A stretch of DNA of 31,447 bases from a virus. Taxonomy: Duplodnaviria; Caudoviricetes. The DNA lies in IMG/VR virus record IMGVR_UViG_3300025694_000018, positions 1 through 31,447 of that record; one strand, written 5' to 3'. The notes beneath the pieces were generated by a model. The model was not told where the DNA came from. It did not search any database and was given only the letters and a program-made list of their open reading frames with translations. Positions 1-7,540 of the stretch are shown in pieces. Within the stretch, counting starts at the first letter, position 1; every line of letters begins with the position of its first letter. The translations under genes and the position numbers were made by a program.

Positions 1-2
1 TT

Positions 3-161
3 CTTGCAAAGAATGTTAGTATTCCACCAAACTCTGCAATCGAATTAATTCAAGGCGGTGCAAAAATTGTGTTGGCAAATGGTGATGTACTTAAAGCTCA
101 AAGCGATACCGCTTCGTCTTTAGATATCATTACTTCATTTATCGACGATATTAGTTCATAG
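3..161 (+). CDS. 5'-truncated small virion/tail-associated protein (C-terminal 52 aa)
   Basis: Frame 3 reads LAKNVSIPPNSAIELIQGGAKIVLANGDVLKAQSDTASSLDIITSFIDDISS* (TAG 159-161). The pattern resembles the C-terminal half of ORF 11123-11467. Not in the ORF track. Confidence 0.75.
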   Translation, partial: LAKNVSIPPNSAIELIQGGAKIVLANGDVLKAQSDTASSLDIITSFIDDISS

Positions 162-169
162 GAGGAATA

Positions 170-346
170 ATGACGGCAATAGTAAATGGAATCCAATACA
201 TAGGAGGCGGAACAGCCCCAAACGAATTTATACCAAACCAAGCAGGTACGATTGATGGCACACAAACTGTCGAGAACGGTGTTCTTGCAGGACCTATCAC
301 TATACCTGGTACAATAACAGTAACAGGGACTTTAGTAATAGTATAA
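170..346 (+). CDS. 58-aa tail-fibre-associated small protein (putative adaptor)
   Basis: SD GGAGG at 161-165, ATG 170; MTAIVNGIQYIGGGTAPNEFIPNQAGTIDGTQTVENGVLAGPITIPGTITVTGTLVIV*. The stop overlaps the next ATG (TAATG). Below the ORF-track cutoff. Confidence 0.8.
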   Translation: MTAIVNGIQYIGGGTAPNEFIPNQAGTIDGTQTVENGVLAGPITIPGTITVTGTLVIV

Positions 347-1788
347 TGTCAAAAATAGAAGTAAATACAGTTGCACCACAATGCGGAACTACTTTAACAC
401 TAGGTGAATCTGGTGATACGGTAACTCTTGGCGCTGGTGCTAGTCAATCTGGTTTTGGTAGAACAGGAACTGTTGATTGGCAAACTACTATTAAGACAGC
501 TACATTTACTGCTGCATCAGGAGAGGGTTATTTTTGTAATACTTCTGGTGGAGCATTCACAGTAAACTTACCAAGTTCACCTTCAGTCGGTGATATTGTG
601 GCTATCAAAGATTATGGAAGTACATTTGGTACAAATAATTTAACGATTGGTAGAGGTGGTTCTAATATGAATGGTGATGCTAATGATTCTGTTAGAGATA
701 CAGAAAATGAAAGTTTAACTCTAGTTTACGCTGATGCAACAAAAGGTTGGTTATCAGTGGAGGAAGGAACAGGATTTGTTGGAGAAAACTTTATTACAGC
801 TACAGGTGGAACAATTTCAACTGCTCCTTGTGGAAATTACAAGATTCATACATTTACATCACCAGGAACTTTTACAGTTTGTAGAGTAGCTACTGCACCA
901 GCTAATAATGCTTTAGAATATATAGTTGTAGGAGGTGGTGGTTCAATGCCTGGAATTAATTATAATAATAGTCCAGCAGCAGGTGGTGGTGCAGGTGGAT
1001 TTAGATTTGCCGCACCTTCTTTAGCTCCATTAACTTATCCAGGAAAACCTTTAGCTGCACCTGCAGGATTAACGGCTTCAGTAGCTAGTTTTCCAATAGT
1101 AATAGGTGCTGGTGGAGCAGGTGGTGCAGCAGGTCCACCCGCAGGACAAGCAGGAACAGATGGTTCTCCTGCAAGTTTTTCAACAATAACATCAGCAGGT
1201 GGTGGTCCAGGTGGTTACGATAGCACTCCAGGTTCTAATGGTGGATCAGGAGGAGGTAGTAGTGGAGCTACTGCAGCTACAGCTGGCGTTGGTAATACTC
1301 CCCCAACAAGTCCGTCTCAAGGCAATCCAGGAGGATTATCAGTAGCAAGTCCATCAAACCCATCGCCAGGAAACGGTAATACTGGAGCAGGAGGTGGCGG
1401 CGGTGCTATGGTAGCAGGTGCTTGTGCTGGAAATAATCCAACAAATCCAACTAATGGTGGTGGAAGAGGTGGTGATGGTGCTGGAGTACCAACTCTTTTT
1501 GGAACTTCTGGTCAACCATCTGGTTGTTTTCAATATTTTGCTGGTGGAGGTGGTGGTGGAGTTTACATACCAAATCCAGCTCCAGCTCCTGGAGGACCAG
1601 GTGGTTTAGGTGGTGGAGGTGCTGGTGGAGTTGGAACTTCGGGTCCGGCCAGACAAGGTACTGCTGGAACTGCAAACACAGGAGGTGGTGGAGGTGCTCC
1701 AGGTGCATCTTGTAGTCCTACAACTCAAGACAATGGAGGAAAAAATGGCGGCTCTGGTATAGTAATAATAAGGTACAAATTTCAATAA
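346..1788 (+). CDS. Glycine-rich tail fibre/adhesin paralog 1 (480 aa)
   Basis: N-terminal MSKIEVNTV, then a beta domain (GYFCNTSGGAFTVNLP...LVYADATKGW), ATGG..YKIHTFT, polyglycine tracts and C-terminal GGSGIVIIRYKFQ, typical of phage glycine-rich fibre proteins. Confidence 0.8.
   Translation: MSKIEVNTVAPQCGTTLTLGESGDTVTLGAGASQSGFGRTGTVDWQTTIKTATFTAASGEGYFCNTSGGAFTVNLPSSPSVGDIVAIKDYGSTFGTNNLTIGRGGSNMNGDANDSVRDTENESLTLVYADATKGWLSVEEGTGFVGENFITATGGTISTAPCGNYKIHTFTSPGTFTVCRVATAPANNALEYIVVGGGGSMPGINYNNSPAAGGGAGGFRFAAPSLAPLTYPGKPLAAPAGLTASVASFPIVIGAGGAGGAAGPPAGQAGTDGSPASFSTITSAGGGPGGYDSTPGSNGGSGGGSSGATAATAGVGNTPPTSPSQGNPGGLSVASPSNPSPGNGNTGAGGGGGAMVAGACAGNNPTNPTNGGGRGGDGAGVPTLFGTSGQPSGCFQYFAGGGGGGVYIPNPAPAPGGPGGLGGGGAGGVGTSGPARQGTAGTANTGGGGGAPGASCSPTTQDNGGKNGGSGIVIIRYKFQ
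1756..1787 (+). repeat. 32-nt near-identical repeat, copy 1 (copy 2 at 3201-3232)
   Basis: GGTATAGTAATAATAAGGTACAAATTTCAATA vs GGTATAGTAGTAATAAGGTACAAATTTCAATA: one mismatch, at the 3' ends of fibre genes 1 and 2. Confidence 0.9.
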
Positions 1789-1790
1789 TT

Positions 1791-3233
1791 ATGACAAGTA
1801 AAATTAAAGTAGATAATATAAATAAAGTTTCAGATGATTCAAACATCATCAAAAAATGTGGGACAACTACTACAATCGGATCAGGAGCAAGTAATCCCAT
1901 TGTTGTAGATGGATCTGCAGTTACCATTGGTAGATGTGGTGGTACCGTTGCTTTAGCATCAGGTGCAACTCAATCAGGTTTTGGTAGAGAAGGATCTGTT
2001 AATTGGCAGACATCGATTAAGACAGGAGATTTTACAGCAGTAAATGGTGAAGGGTATTTTGTAAATACTACAAGTGGTGAAATAACAGTAACTCTTCCTG
2101 CATCACCTAGTTCGGGAAGTATTGTAGCTATTAAAGATTATGCATATACATTTGATACAAATAAAGTTACATTAAATAGAAATGGATCTAATATTGAAGG
2201 ACTAGCAAATAATTTTACAATAGAAACAGAAGGACAAGCAGTTACTTTAGTTTATGCAGATGCAACAAGAGGTTGGCTACCAGTAGAACAAGCAAAATCT
2301 GGAGATTTAGATCCACCACCTCTTTTTATTGCAGCAACTGGTGGAACAATTACAACCACTGGTGATTTTAAAGTTCATACATTTACGGGTCCAGGAACTT
2401 TTACAGTTACACAATTAGGAAATGCACCAACCAATCCAGGTGGTGGACCAACTAACGTAGATTATAGAGTTGTTGCAGGTGGTGGAAATGGAGGAACAGC
2501 TTATTACTCTGGTGGTGGTGGAGCAGGCGGACATAGAACAACTTTTCCAAGTCCATCTTGTAATGCAGGAGCTTTTCCGGTTACGGCAACAGCATTTCCA
2601 ATTACAGTAGGTGCAGGTGGAGCAGGAGTTGAAACACCTGATCAAGGTTCTGCTAGTGATATTAATCCTGGTTCAAATTCAATTTTTTCAACTATTATTT
2701 CTGCGGGAGGAGGAGGTGGAACTCCTACAAACGTTCAAGATCCAGCAGATGCAGGTGGTTCTGGCGGTGGAGCTGGAGCATATAATATATCTGGAGGAGC
2801 AGGAAATACACCTCCTGTTAGTCCTCCTCAAGGTAATCCCGGTGGTAATGGTGTTTTAAGTCCTACTGGTGGAGGCGGCGGCGGTGGTGGCGGTGCTGGC
2901 GGTGCTGGTACTAATGGTTCTGGAGCACCTGGTGCTGACGCAGGAAATGGAGGAGCAGGAACTGCAAATTCAATTACAGGATCACCAGTAACATTAGCTG
3001 GTGGTGGTGGTGGAGGTTCTTTTTGTGGACCTAGTAGTCCAGCACCTGCACAAGGTTCAGGTGGATCAGGAGGTGGTGGAGATGGTAATCCAGGAGCATC
3101 CCCAGGTGGAAATGGTACTGCTAACACTGGCGGTGGTGGTGGAGCAATTGGTGGCCGATCACCAGGATCAGCTCCTTTTCAGGGTGGATCAGGTGGATCA
3201 GGTATAGTAGTAATAAGGTACAAATTTCAATAG
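1791..3233 (+). CDS. Glycine-rich tail fibre/adhesin paralog 2 (480 aa)
   Basis: Same architecture as 346-1788; ends GGSGIVVIRYKFQ. Confidence 0.8.
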   Translation: MTSKIKVDNINKVSDDSNIIKKCGTTTTIGSGASNPIVVDGSAVTIGRCGGTVALASGATQSGFGREGSVNWQTSIKTGDFTAVNGEGYFVNTTSGEITVTLPASPSSGSIVAIKDYAYTFDTNKVTLNRNGSNIEGLANNFTIETEGQAVTLVYADATRGWLPVEQAKSGDLDPPPLFIAATGGTITTTGDFKVHTFTGPGTFTVTQLGNAPTNPGGGPTNVDYRVVAGGGNGGTAYYSGGGGAGGHRTTFPSPSCNAGAFPVTATAFPITVGAGGAGVETPDQGSASDINPGSNSIFSTIISAGGGGGTPTNVQDPADAGGSGGGAGAYNISGGAGNTPPVSPPQGNPGGNGVLSPTGGGGGGGGGAGGAGTNGSGAPGADAGNGGAGTANSITGSPVTLAGGGGGGSFCGPSSPAPAQGSGGSGGGGDGNPGASPGGNGTANTGGGGGAIGGRSPGSAPFQGGSGGSGIVVIRYKFQ

Positions 3234-3240
3234 GTAAATT

Positions 3241-4599
3241 ATGAGTGAAGTAAAAGTAAATAAAATTAGTCCAAGAACAAATTGTGGTACAGTCCAGTTA
3301 GGAGATAGTGGTGACACTATAACAATTCCTAGTGGTGCAACAATTACAAACAACGGTACGGCGGCAGGATTTGGTGCTACGGGTGCAGCTTCTTGGGATA
3401 CAACAGTCAAGACTGCTTCTTTTACAGGAGTAGCTGGCGTAGGATATTTCGTAAATACAACTAGTGGAGCAATCACAGTAACTCTACCAGCATCGCCTGC
3501 AGCAGGTGCAGTAGTTGCAGTTTCAGATTATGCAGGAACAGCAGATACAAACAATATTACAATTGGCAGAAATGGTTCTAACATTAATGGAGCGGCGGCA
3601 GATCAAATTATTTCAATTGAAAATTCAGCAGTAACTTTAGTATATGTAGATGGAACACAAGGTTGGAAAGCAACAGATACATCTAATTTAAATGATATAG
3701 AATTACAACCTACATATGTTACAGCAACAGGTGGAACAATTACTTGTTGTGGAGATTATAAAGTTCATACATTTACAGGACCGGGAACATTTTGTGTTTC
3801 AGCGGTAGGTAATCCAGCAGGTTCAACTTCAGTAGATTATTTAGTAGTAGCCGGTGGAGCAGGTGGAAGTTTTGGTGGAGGAGGTGCAGGAGGATATAGA
3901 GAATCTTCAGGTGCTGCTTCTGGTTGTTATGCAGCTTCTCCTTTAGGAGCTTGTGTTTCAGCTTTACCAGTTACAACTACAGGTTATCCAATTACAGTGG
4001 GTGGCGGTGGTGCTGGAAGACCTAGTAATGCTAATGGAAGTTCATCAATTTTTTCAACAATAACATCAAATGGTGGTGGAACAGGTGGTGGAGCAAGTAC
4101 TAATAATGGGCCTGGAATTGCTGGTGGATCTGGAGGTGGTGGAGGACACGGTCCAGGAACACCTGTTAATGCTCAACCTAGTGGTGCTGGAAATACTCCT
4201 CCTACAAGTCCAGCTCAAGGAACTCCTGGTGGAACTGGATATCAATCTGGTGGTAATTTTGGTGGCGGCGGTGGTGGTGGAGCAACTGTTGCAGGAACAA
4301 ACGCTGTAGGTGGAAGTCCAACTTCTAATACTGGTGGTAATGGTGGTACAGGTGCAACAACTTCTATTAATGGAACTCCTACAACATTTGCAGGTGGTGG
4401 TGGTGGTGCTTATTATTATAATACTTGTGCAGGACAAGCTGGAGCAGGAGGTGGAGGACGTTCAGGAATAGAAGGAGGTGGTTCTGATGGTGCTACAGCA
4501 GGTACCACTAATACTGGTGGTGGAGGTGGTGGTGGTAATGGAACTGGAAAAGCAGGCGGATCAGGAATCGTTATTATTAGATACAAATTTCAAAATTAA
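3241..4599 (+). CDS. Glycine-rich tail fibre/adhesin paralog 3 (452 aa)
   Basis: Same architecture; ends GGSGIVIIRYKFQN. Confidence 0.8.
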   Translation: MSEVKVNKISPRTNCGTVQLGDSGDTITIPSGATITNNGTAAGFGATGAASWDTTVKTASFTGVAGVGYFVNTTSGAITVTLPASPAAGAVVAVSDYAGTADTNNITIGRNGSNINGAAADQIISIENSAVTLVYVDGTQGWKATDTSNLNDIELQPTYVTATGGTITCCGDYKVHTFTGPGTFCVSAVGNPAGSTSVDYLVVAGGAGGSFGGGGAGGYRESSGAASGCYAASPLGACVSALPVTTTGYPITVGGGGAGRPSNANGSSSIFSTITSNGGGTGGGASTNNGPGIAGGSGGGGGHGPGTPVNAQPSGAGNTPPTSPAQGTPGGTGYQSGGNFGGGGGGGATVAGTNAVGGSPTSNTGGNGGTGATTSINGTPTTFAGGGGGAYYYNTCAGQAGAGGGGRSGIEGGGSDGATAGTTNTGGGGGGGNGTGKAGGSGIVIIRYKFQN

Positions 4600-4644
4600 T
4601 ATGTATTTACTAACATTTAAAATTAATATATAAGGAGAAACATT

Positions 4645-5094
4645 ATGGCACATTTTGCAAAACTAGGATCTAACAGTAAAGTCATTCAAGTACTCACTTT
4701 GAATAATGGCGATATGCTGAACGCTGACGGCGTTGAAGATGAAACAGTAGGACAACAATATTTAGAGACACATAATAATTGGCCTGCACAAATGTGGATT
4801 CAAACATCTTACAATACATCTGGTGGCACACACAATAATGGTGGTACACCATTAAGAGGAAATTACGCAGGTATAGGTTATACTTGGGACGAAGATGATC
4901 AAATCTTCTGGCCTAAAAAACCTCACGCTTCTTGGGTAAAACATAATGCATCAGCTTCTTGGAAATCACCAATCGGTGATGCTCCAGCATTAACAGAAGA
5001 ACAAGAATCACAAAATACAGCTAATACTCACGGATGGCATTACGTCTGGAATGAAGCTAATACAACTTGGGACTTGACAGACAGCAAAGCATAA
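4645..5094 (+). CDS. Conserved phage protein following tail fibres (putative fibre assembly/chaperone)
   Basis: SD AAGGAG 4632-4637; MAHFAKL...WIQTSYN...RGNYAGIGYTWD...WKSPI..P...YVWNE; Trp-rich and located directly after the fibre genes. Function inferred from position. Confidence 0.6.
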   Translation: MAHFAKLGSNSKVIQVLTLNNGDMLNADGVEDETVGQQYLETHNNWPAQMWIQTSYNTSGGTHNNGGTPLRGNYAGIGYTWDEDDQIFWPKKPHASWVKHNASASWKSPIGDAPALTEEQESQNTANTHGWHYVWNEANTTWDLTDSKA

Positions 5095-5102
5095 ATTAAA
5101 AA
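5074..5102 (+). promoter_or_regulatory. Putative sigma70 promoter for the oxygenase cluster
   Basis: TTGACA (5074-5079), 17 nt, TAAAAA (5097-5102), just upstream of ATG 5113. Confidence 0.4.
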
Positions 5103-5112
5103 TGGTGGTGGT

Positions 5113-5616
5113 ATGCAGAGACAAGTATTAAGTGAACAGAGTTTATTCTACGGTGATATTGATATGCCGAAAGGTTTTGAAATAGACCAAGAAAAACTTA
5201 CCAACGATATTTTACAATCAACTTTCAACACTAAAGAATTTCCATTCTCAAGAACTTGGGATATGTTAAATACATATATGAGAGACTTTATTGGTCTTGA
5301 TTATGGTATTAATTTAGTTAACAAATCAACGTGGGGAAATATCTATAAACCTGCGGAAACAACAATTCCTTTATTAAATATTGATCCGGTGGATCTACGA
5401 AACTCTCCAGACTTTACTATGCTTTATGGTGTTAAAGTTAAAGATTGTTTTGTTCGAATACACTATGAAGATAATAGACGTAAAGGAAGAAGTTGGGACA
5501 TAGAACTTAAAAATAATATGTTCATAATGTTTCCATCAACTAATATGTATTATCTAACTAACAATCAAAAAGATTCATTAAACTTTGTGCAAACAATAAC
5601 TTATGAATATATCTAA
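5113..5616 (+). CDS. 2OG-Fe(II) oxygenase-fold protein, apparently lacking metal ligands
   Basis: WGNIYKP...FTMLYGV...MFIMFPS...YYLTNN follows the W-x-N / xxFPS / C-terminal strand pattern of the family seen in 6232-6864, but there is no HxH/HxD and no distal His. Confidence 0.55.
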   Translation: MQRQVLSEQSLFYGDIDMPKGFEIDQEKLTNDILQSTFNTKEFPFSRTWDMLNTYMRDFIGLDYGINLVNKSTWGNIYKPAETTIPLLNIDPVDLRNSPDFTMLYGVKVKDCFVRIHYEDNRRKGRSWDIELKNNMFIMFPSTNMYYLTNNQKDSLNFVQTITYEYI

Positions 5617-6232
5617 TTATTACTGGCATTTCCCTGCAGCACTTACACCAAAGTTTTGTGATGATGTAATAGCTTATGCTAATCAACAAGAAGAAGTAAT
5701 GGCTAGAACAGGTGGGTATGGTGATAAAGAATTAAATAAAGATCAAATAAAAGATTTAAAAAGAAAAAGAAACTCTGATTTAGTGTGGCTTAACGATACT
5801 TGGATATACAAAGAATTACACCCATACGTTCACGAAGCTAATAGACAAGCTGGTTGGAACTTTGAATGGGATAGATCAGAATCGTGTCAATTTACAAAAT
5901 ATAAACACAACCAATATTATGATTGGCATTGTGATGGTTGGGATAAACCTTATGAAAAAGAAGGACCCGACAATGGTAAGATTCGAAAACTATCTATGAC
6001 TTGTCAGTTAACAGATGGTTCAGAATACACAGGTGGTGAATTAGAATTTGATTTTAGAAACTACGATCCACATATGAGAGATGAAGACAAACACTTGAGA
6101 AGAGCAAAAGAGATTTTACCAAAAGGATCTATTATTGTATTTCCATCATTTGTTTGGCATAGAGTTAAACCCGTAACCGCAGGTACAAGATACAGTCTTG
6201 TAGTTTGGCATTTAGGAAGGCCTTTTAAATAA
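5603..6232 (+). CDS. 2OG-Fe(II) oxygenase, prolyl-4-hydroxylase-like (PKHD/2OG-FeII_Oxy_3 type)
   Basis: QFTKY...YYDWHCD (HxD), RKLSMT, YTGGEL, IVFPSFVWHRVKPV (distal His), GTRYSLVVW (2OG-binding Arg). Confidence 0.9.
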   Translation: MNISNYYWHFPAALTPKFCDDVIAYANQQEEVMARTGGYGDKELNKDQIKDLKRKRNSDLVWLNDTWIYKELHPYVHEANRQAGWNFEWDRSESCQFTKYKHNQYYDWHCDGWDKPYEKEGPDNGKIRKLSMTCQLTDGSEYTGGELEFDFRNYDPHMRDEDKHLRRAKEILPKGSIIVFPSFVWHRVKPVTAGTRYSLVVWHLGRPFK

Positions 6233-6864
6233 TGTTTATAAATAATTATTTCAACACAACTATATGGTCAGAACAAAAACCAGAGTTTATTAAATCATTA
6301 AACAAAGCATCTAATAAATATATCAAAGATGCAAGAACAAGAGAGAAAGCTTTTATTAAAGAGCACGGTGATTTTGGAAGATCCTATCACTCAACACCTT
6401 TAACTGCTGATAATGATTTTTTAGATTTTAGAAATTATATTGGTCAAAAGTCTTGGGAGTATTTAGATCATCAAGGTTTTGATATGCAGCAATACACAAC
6501 TATATTTAGTGAGATGTGGGTACAAGAGTTTGCAAAAAAAGGTGGTGGTCATCATTCAGCACACGTACATTGGAATCAACACGTATCAGGTTTTTATTTT
6601 TTAAAATGTAGTGATAAAACTTCTTATCCAGTATTCCACGAACCGAGAACAGGTGCACGTGCTACAAAATTAAAAATGAAACCAGACCAAAAAGGTGTGT
6701 GGGGTGGTAGTGAGTTGATACATTTTAAACCTACACCTGGAACTCTAATTATCTTTCCAGGGTTTTTGGAACACGAATTTGCAGTAGATTTTGGTAAAGA
6801 GCCTTTCAGATTTATACATTGGAATATAACAGCTGTACCAAAAGAGATGGCAAAAGATGTTTAA
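6232..6864 (+). CDS. Putative 2OG-Fe(II) oxygenase (TIGR02466/2OG-FeII_Oxy_5-like)
   Basis: MWVQ...GGHHSAHVH (HxH), VSGFYFL, F.EPR, GTLIIFPGFLEHE, FRFIHWN. Confidence 0.85.
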   Translation: MFINNYFNTTIWSEQKPEFIKSLNKASNKYIKDARTREKAFIKEHGDFGRSYHSTPLTADNDFLDFRNYIGQKSWEYLDHQGFDMQQYTTIFSEMWVQEFAKKGGGHHSAHVHWNQHVSGFYFLKCSDKTSYPVFHEPRTGARATKLKMKPDQKGVWGGSELIHFKPTPGTLIIFPGFLEHEFAVDFGKEPFRFIHWNITAVPKEMAKDV

Positions 6865-7477
6865 AAAGAAAAAGTATACAGTTATCCGTCAAGCAATATC
6901 AAAAGACCTAGCAGCTTTTGTTGCAAACTATTTTAGTATGCAGAAACAAGTTTATGATACTTGCAGAAACGCTAGATACATTTCACCTTTTGAAAACATC
7001 ATAGGTCACTATGAAGGTAGGGATGAACAGATACCAGAAACTTACAGTCAGTATTCTAATATTGCTATGGAAACTTTAATGCTTAAATGCCAACCTAAAA
7101 TGGAAGAAGTAACAGGTCTTAAATTATATCCAGCATATACTTATGCAAGAATATATAAAAAAGGTGATATTTTAAAAAGACACAAAGATAGATTTAGTTG
7201 TGAGATATCTACCACTATGAATCTTGGTGGCGATGATTGGCCAATCTATCTTGAGCCATCTGGAGAGACTGGCAAAAAAGGTATTAAAGTAGATCTTAAA
7301 CCAGGAGATATGTTAGTCTATTCTGGTTGTGAATTGGAGCATTGGAGAAATAAATTCAAAGGTAAGGAATGCGTGCAAGTATTTCTTCATTATAATAATC
7401 GTAAAACACCAGGTGCTAAGGACAATATGTTTGACAAGCGTCCACATTTAGGTCTTCCAAGTTGGTTTAAACGATGA
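6857..7477 (+). CDS. Putative 2OG-Fe(II) oxygenase
   Basis: YARIYKKGDILKRHKDR (HxD), CEISTT, PGDMLVYSGCELEHWR (distal His), QVFLHY. Confidence 0.8.
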   Translation: MFKKKKYTVIRQAISKDLAAFVANYFSMQKQVYDTCRNARYISPFENIIGHYEGRDEQIPETYSQYSNIAMETLMLKCQPKMEEVTGLKLYPAYTYARIYKKGDILKRHKDRFSCEISTTMNLGGDDWPIYLEPSGETGKKGIKVDLKPGDMLVYSGCELEHWRNKFKGKECVQVFLHYNNRKTPGAKDNMFDKRPHLGLPSWFKR

Positions 7478-7483
7478 TATAAT
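7475..7483 (+). promoter_or_regulatory. Extended -10 promoter (TGnTATAAT)
   Basis: TG-A-TATAAT at 7475-7483 is a perfect extended -10; weak -35 TTCCAA at 7455-7460 (17-nt spacer). Predicted start near 7490. Confidence 0.55.
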
Positions 7484-7489
7484 CTTTAG

Positions 7490-7531
7490 ATGGGGGCAGT
7501 ACACCACCACATACCTACTGCCTCCTTTTAA
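7490..7531 (+). CDS. Candidate 13-aa leader peptide MGAVHHHIPTASF
   Basis: ATG 7490 lies 7 nt after the TATAAT; no SD (leaderless); TAA 7529-7531 overlaps the TAAGGA SD of 7541. Translation is unproven. Confidence 0.3.
   Translation: MGAVHHHIPTASF
7492..7529 (+). terminator. GC-rich hairpin with U-tract (terminator/attenuator-like, 14-nt loop)
   Basis: GGGGGCAGTA (7492-7501) pairs with TACTGCCTCC (7516-7525; one G-U); loop CACCACCACATACC; followed by TTTT. Confidence 0.65.
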
Positions 7532-7540
7532 GGATTATTT

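Noticed and set aside
2828-3127. Minus-strand Pro-rich ORF and other alternative-frame ORFs over the fibre genes (1418, 1451, 1524, 2415, 2611, 3001, 4066, 4070)
   Set aside because: Shadows of GGT/GGA glycine codon runs; no SD or independent coding signal.
900-4560. GGTGGTGGT tandem tracts as CRISPR/VNTR or DGR template-variable repeats
   Set aside because: In-frame Gly codons with no repeat-spacer periodicity, no reverse transcriptase, and no long pair differing only at adenines.
4606-4634. TTTACT-17-TATAAG promoter before 4645
   Set aside because: The -10 overlaps the SD and the region is extremely AT-rich, so a chance match is likely.
7431-7436. TTGACA near the end of the last oxygenase gene
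   Set aside because: No -10 at 16-18 nt spacing; explained by Phe-Asp-Lys codons.
5113-7477. Oxygenases as a TET/JBP DNA base-modification system
   Set aside because: No methyltransferase, glycosyltransferase or nucleotide-modifying partner nearby, motifs are P4H/TIGR02466-like, and the context is structural. Not formally excluded.
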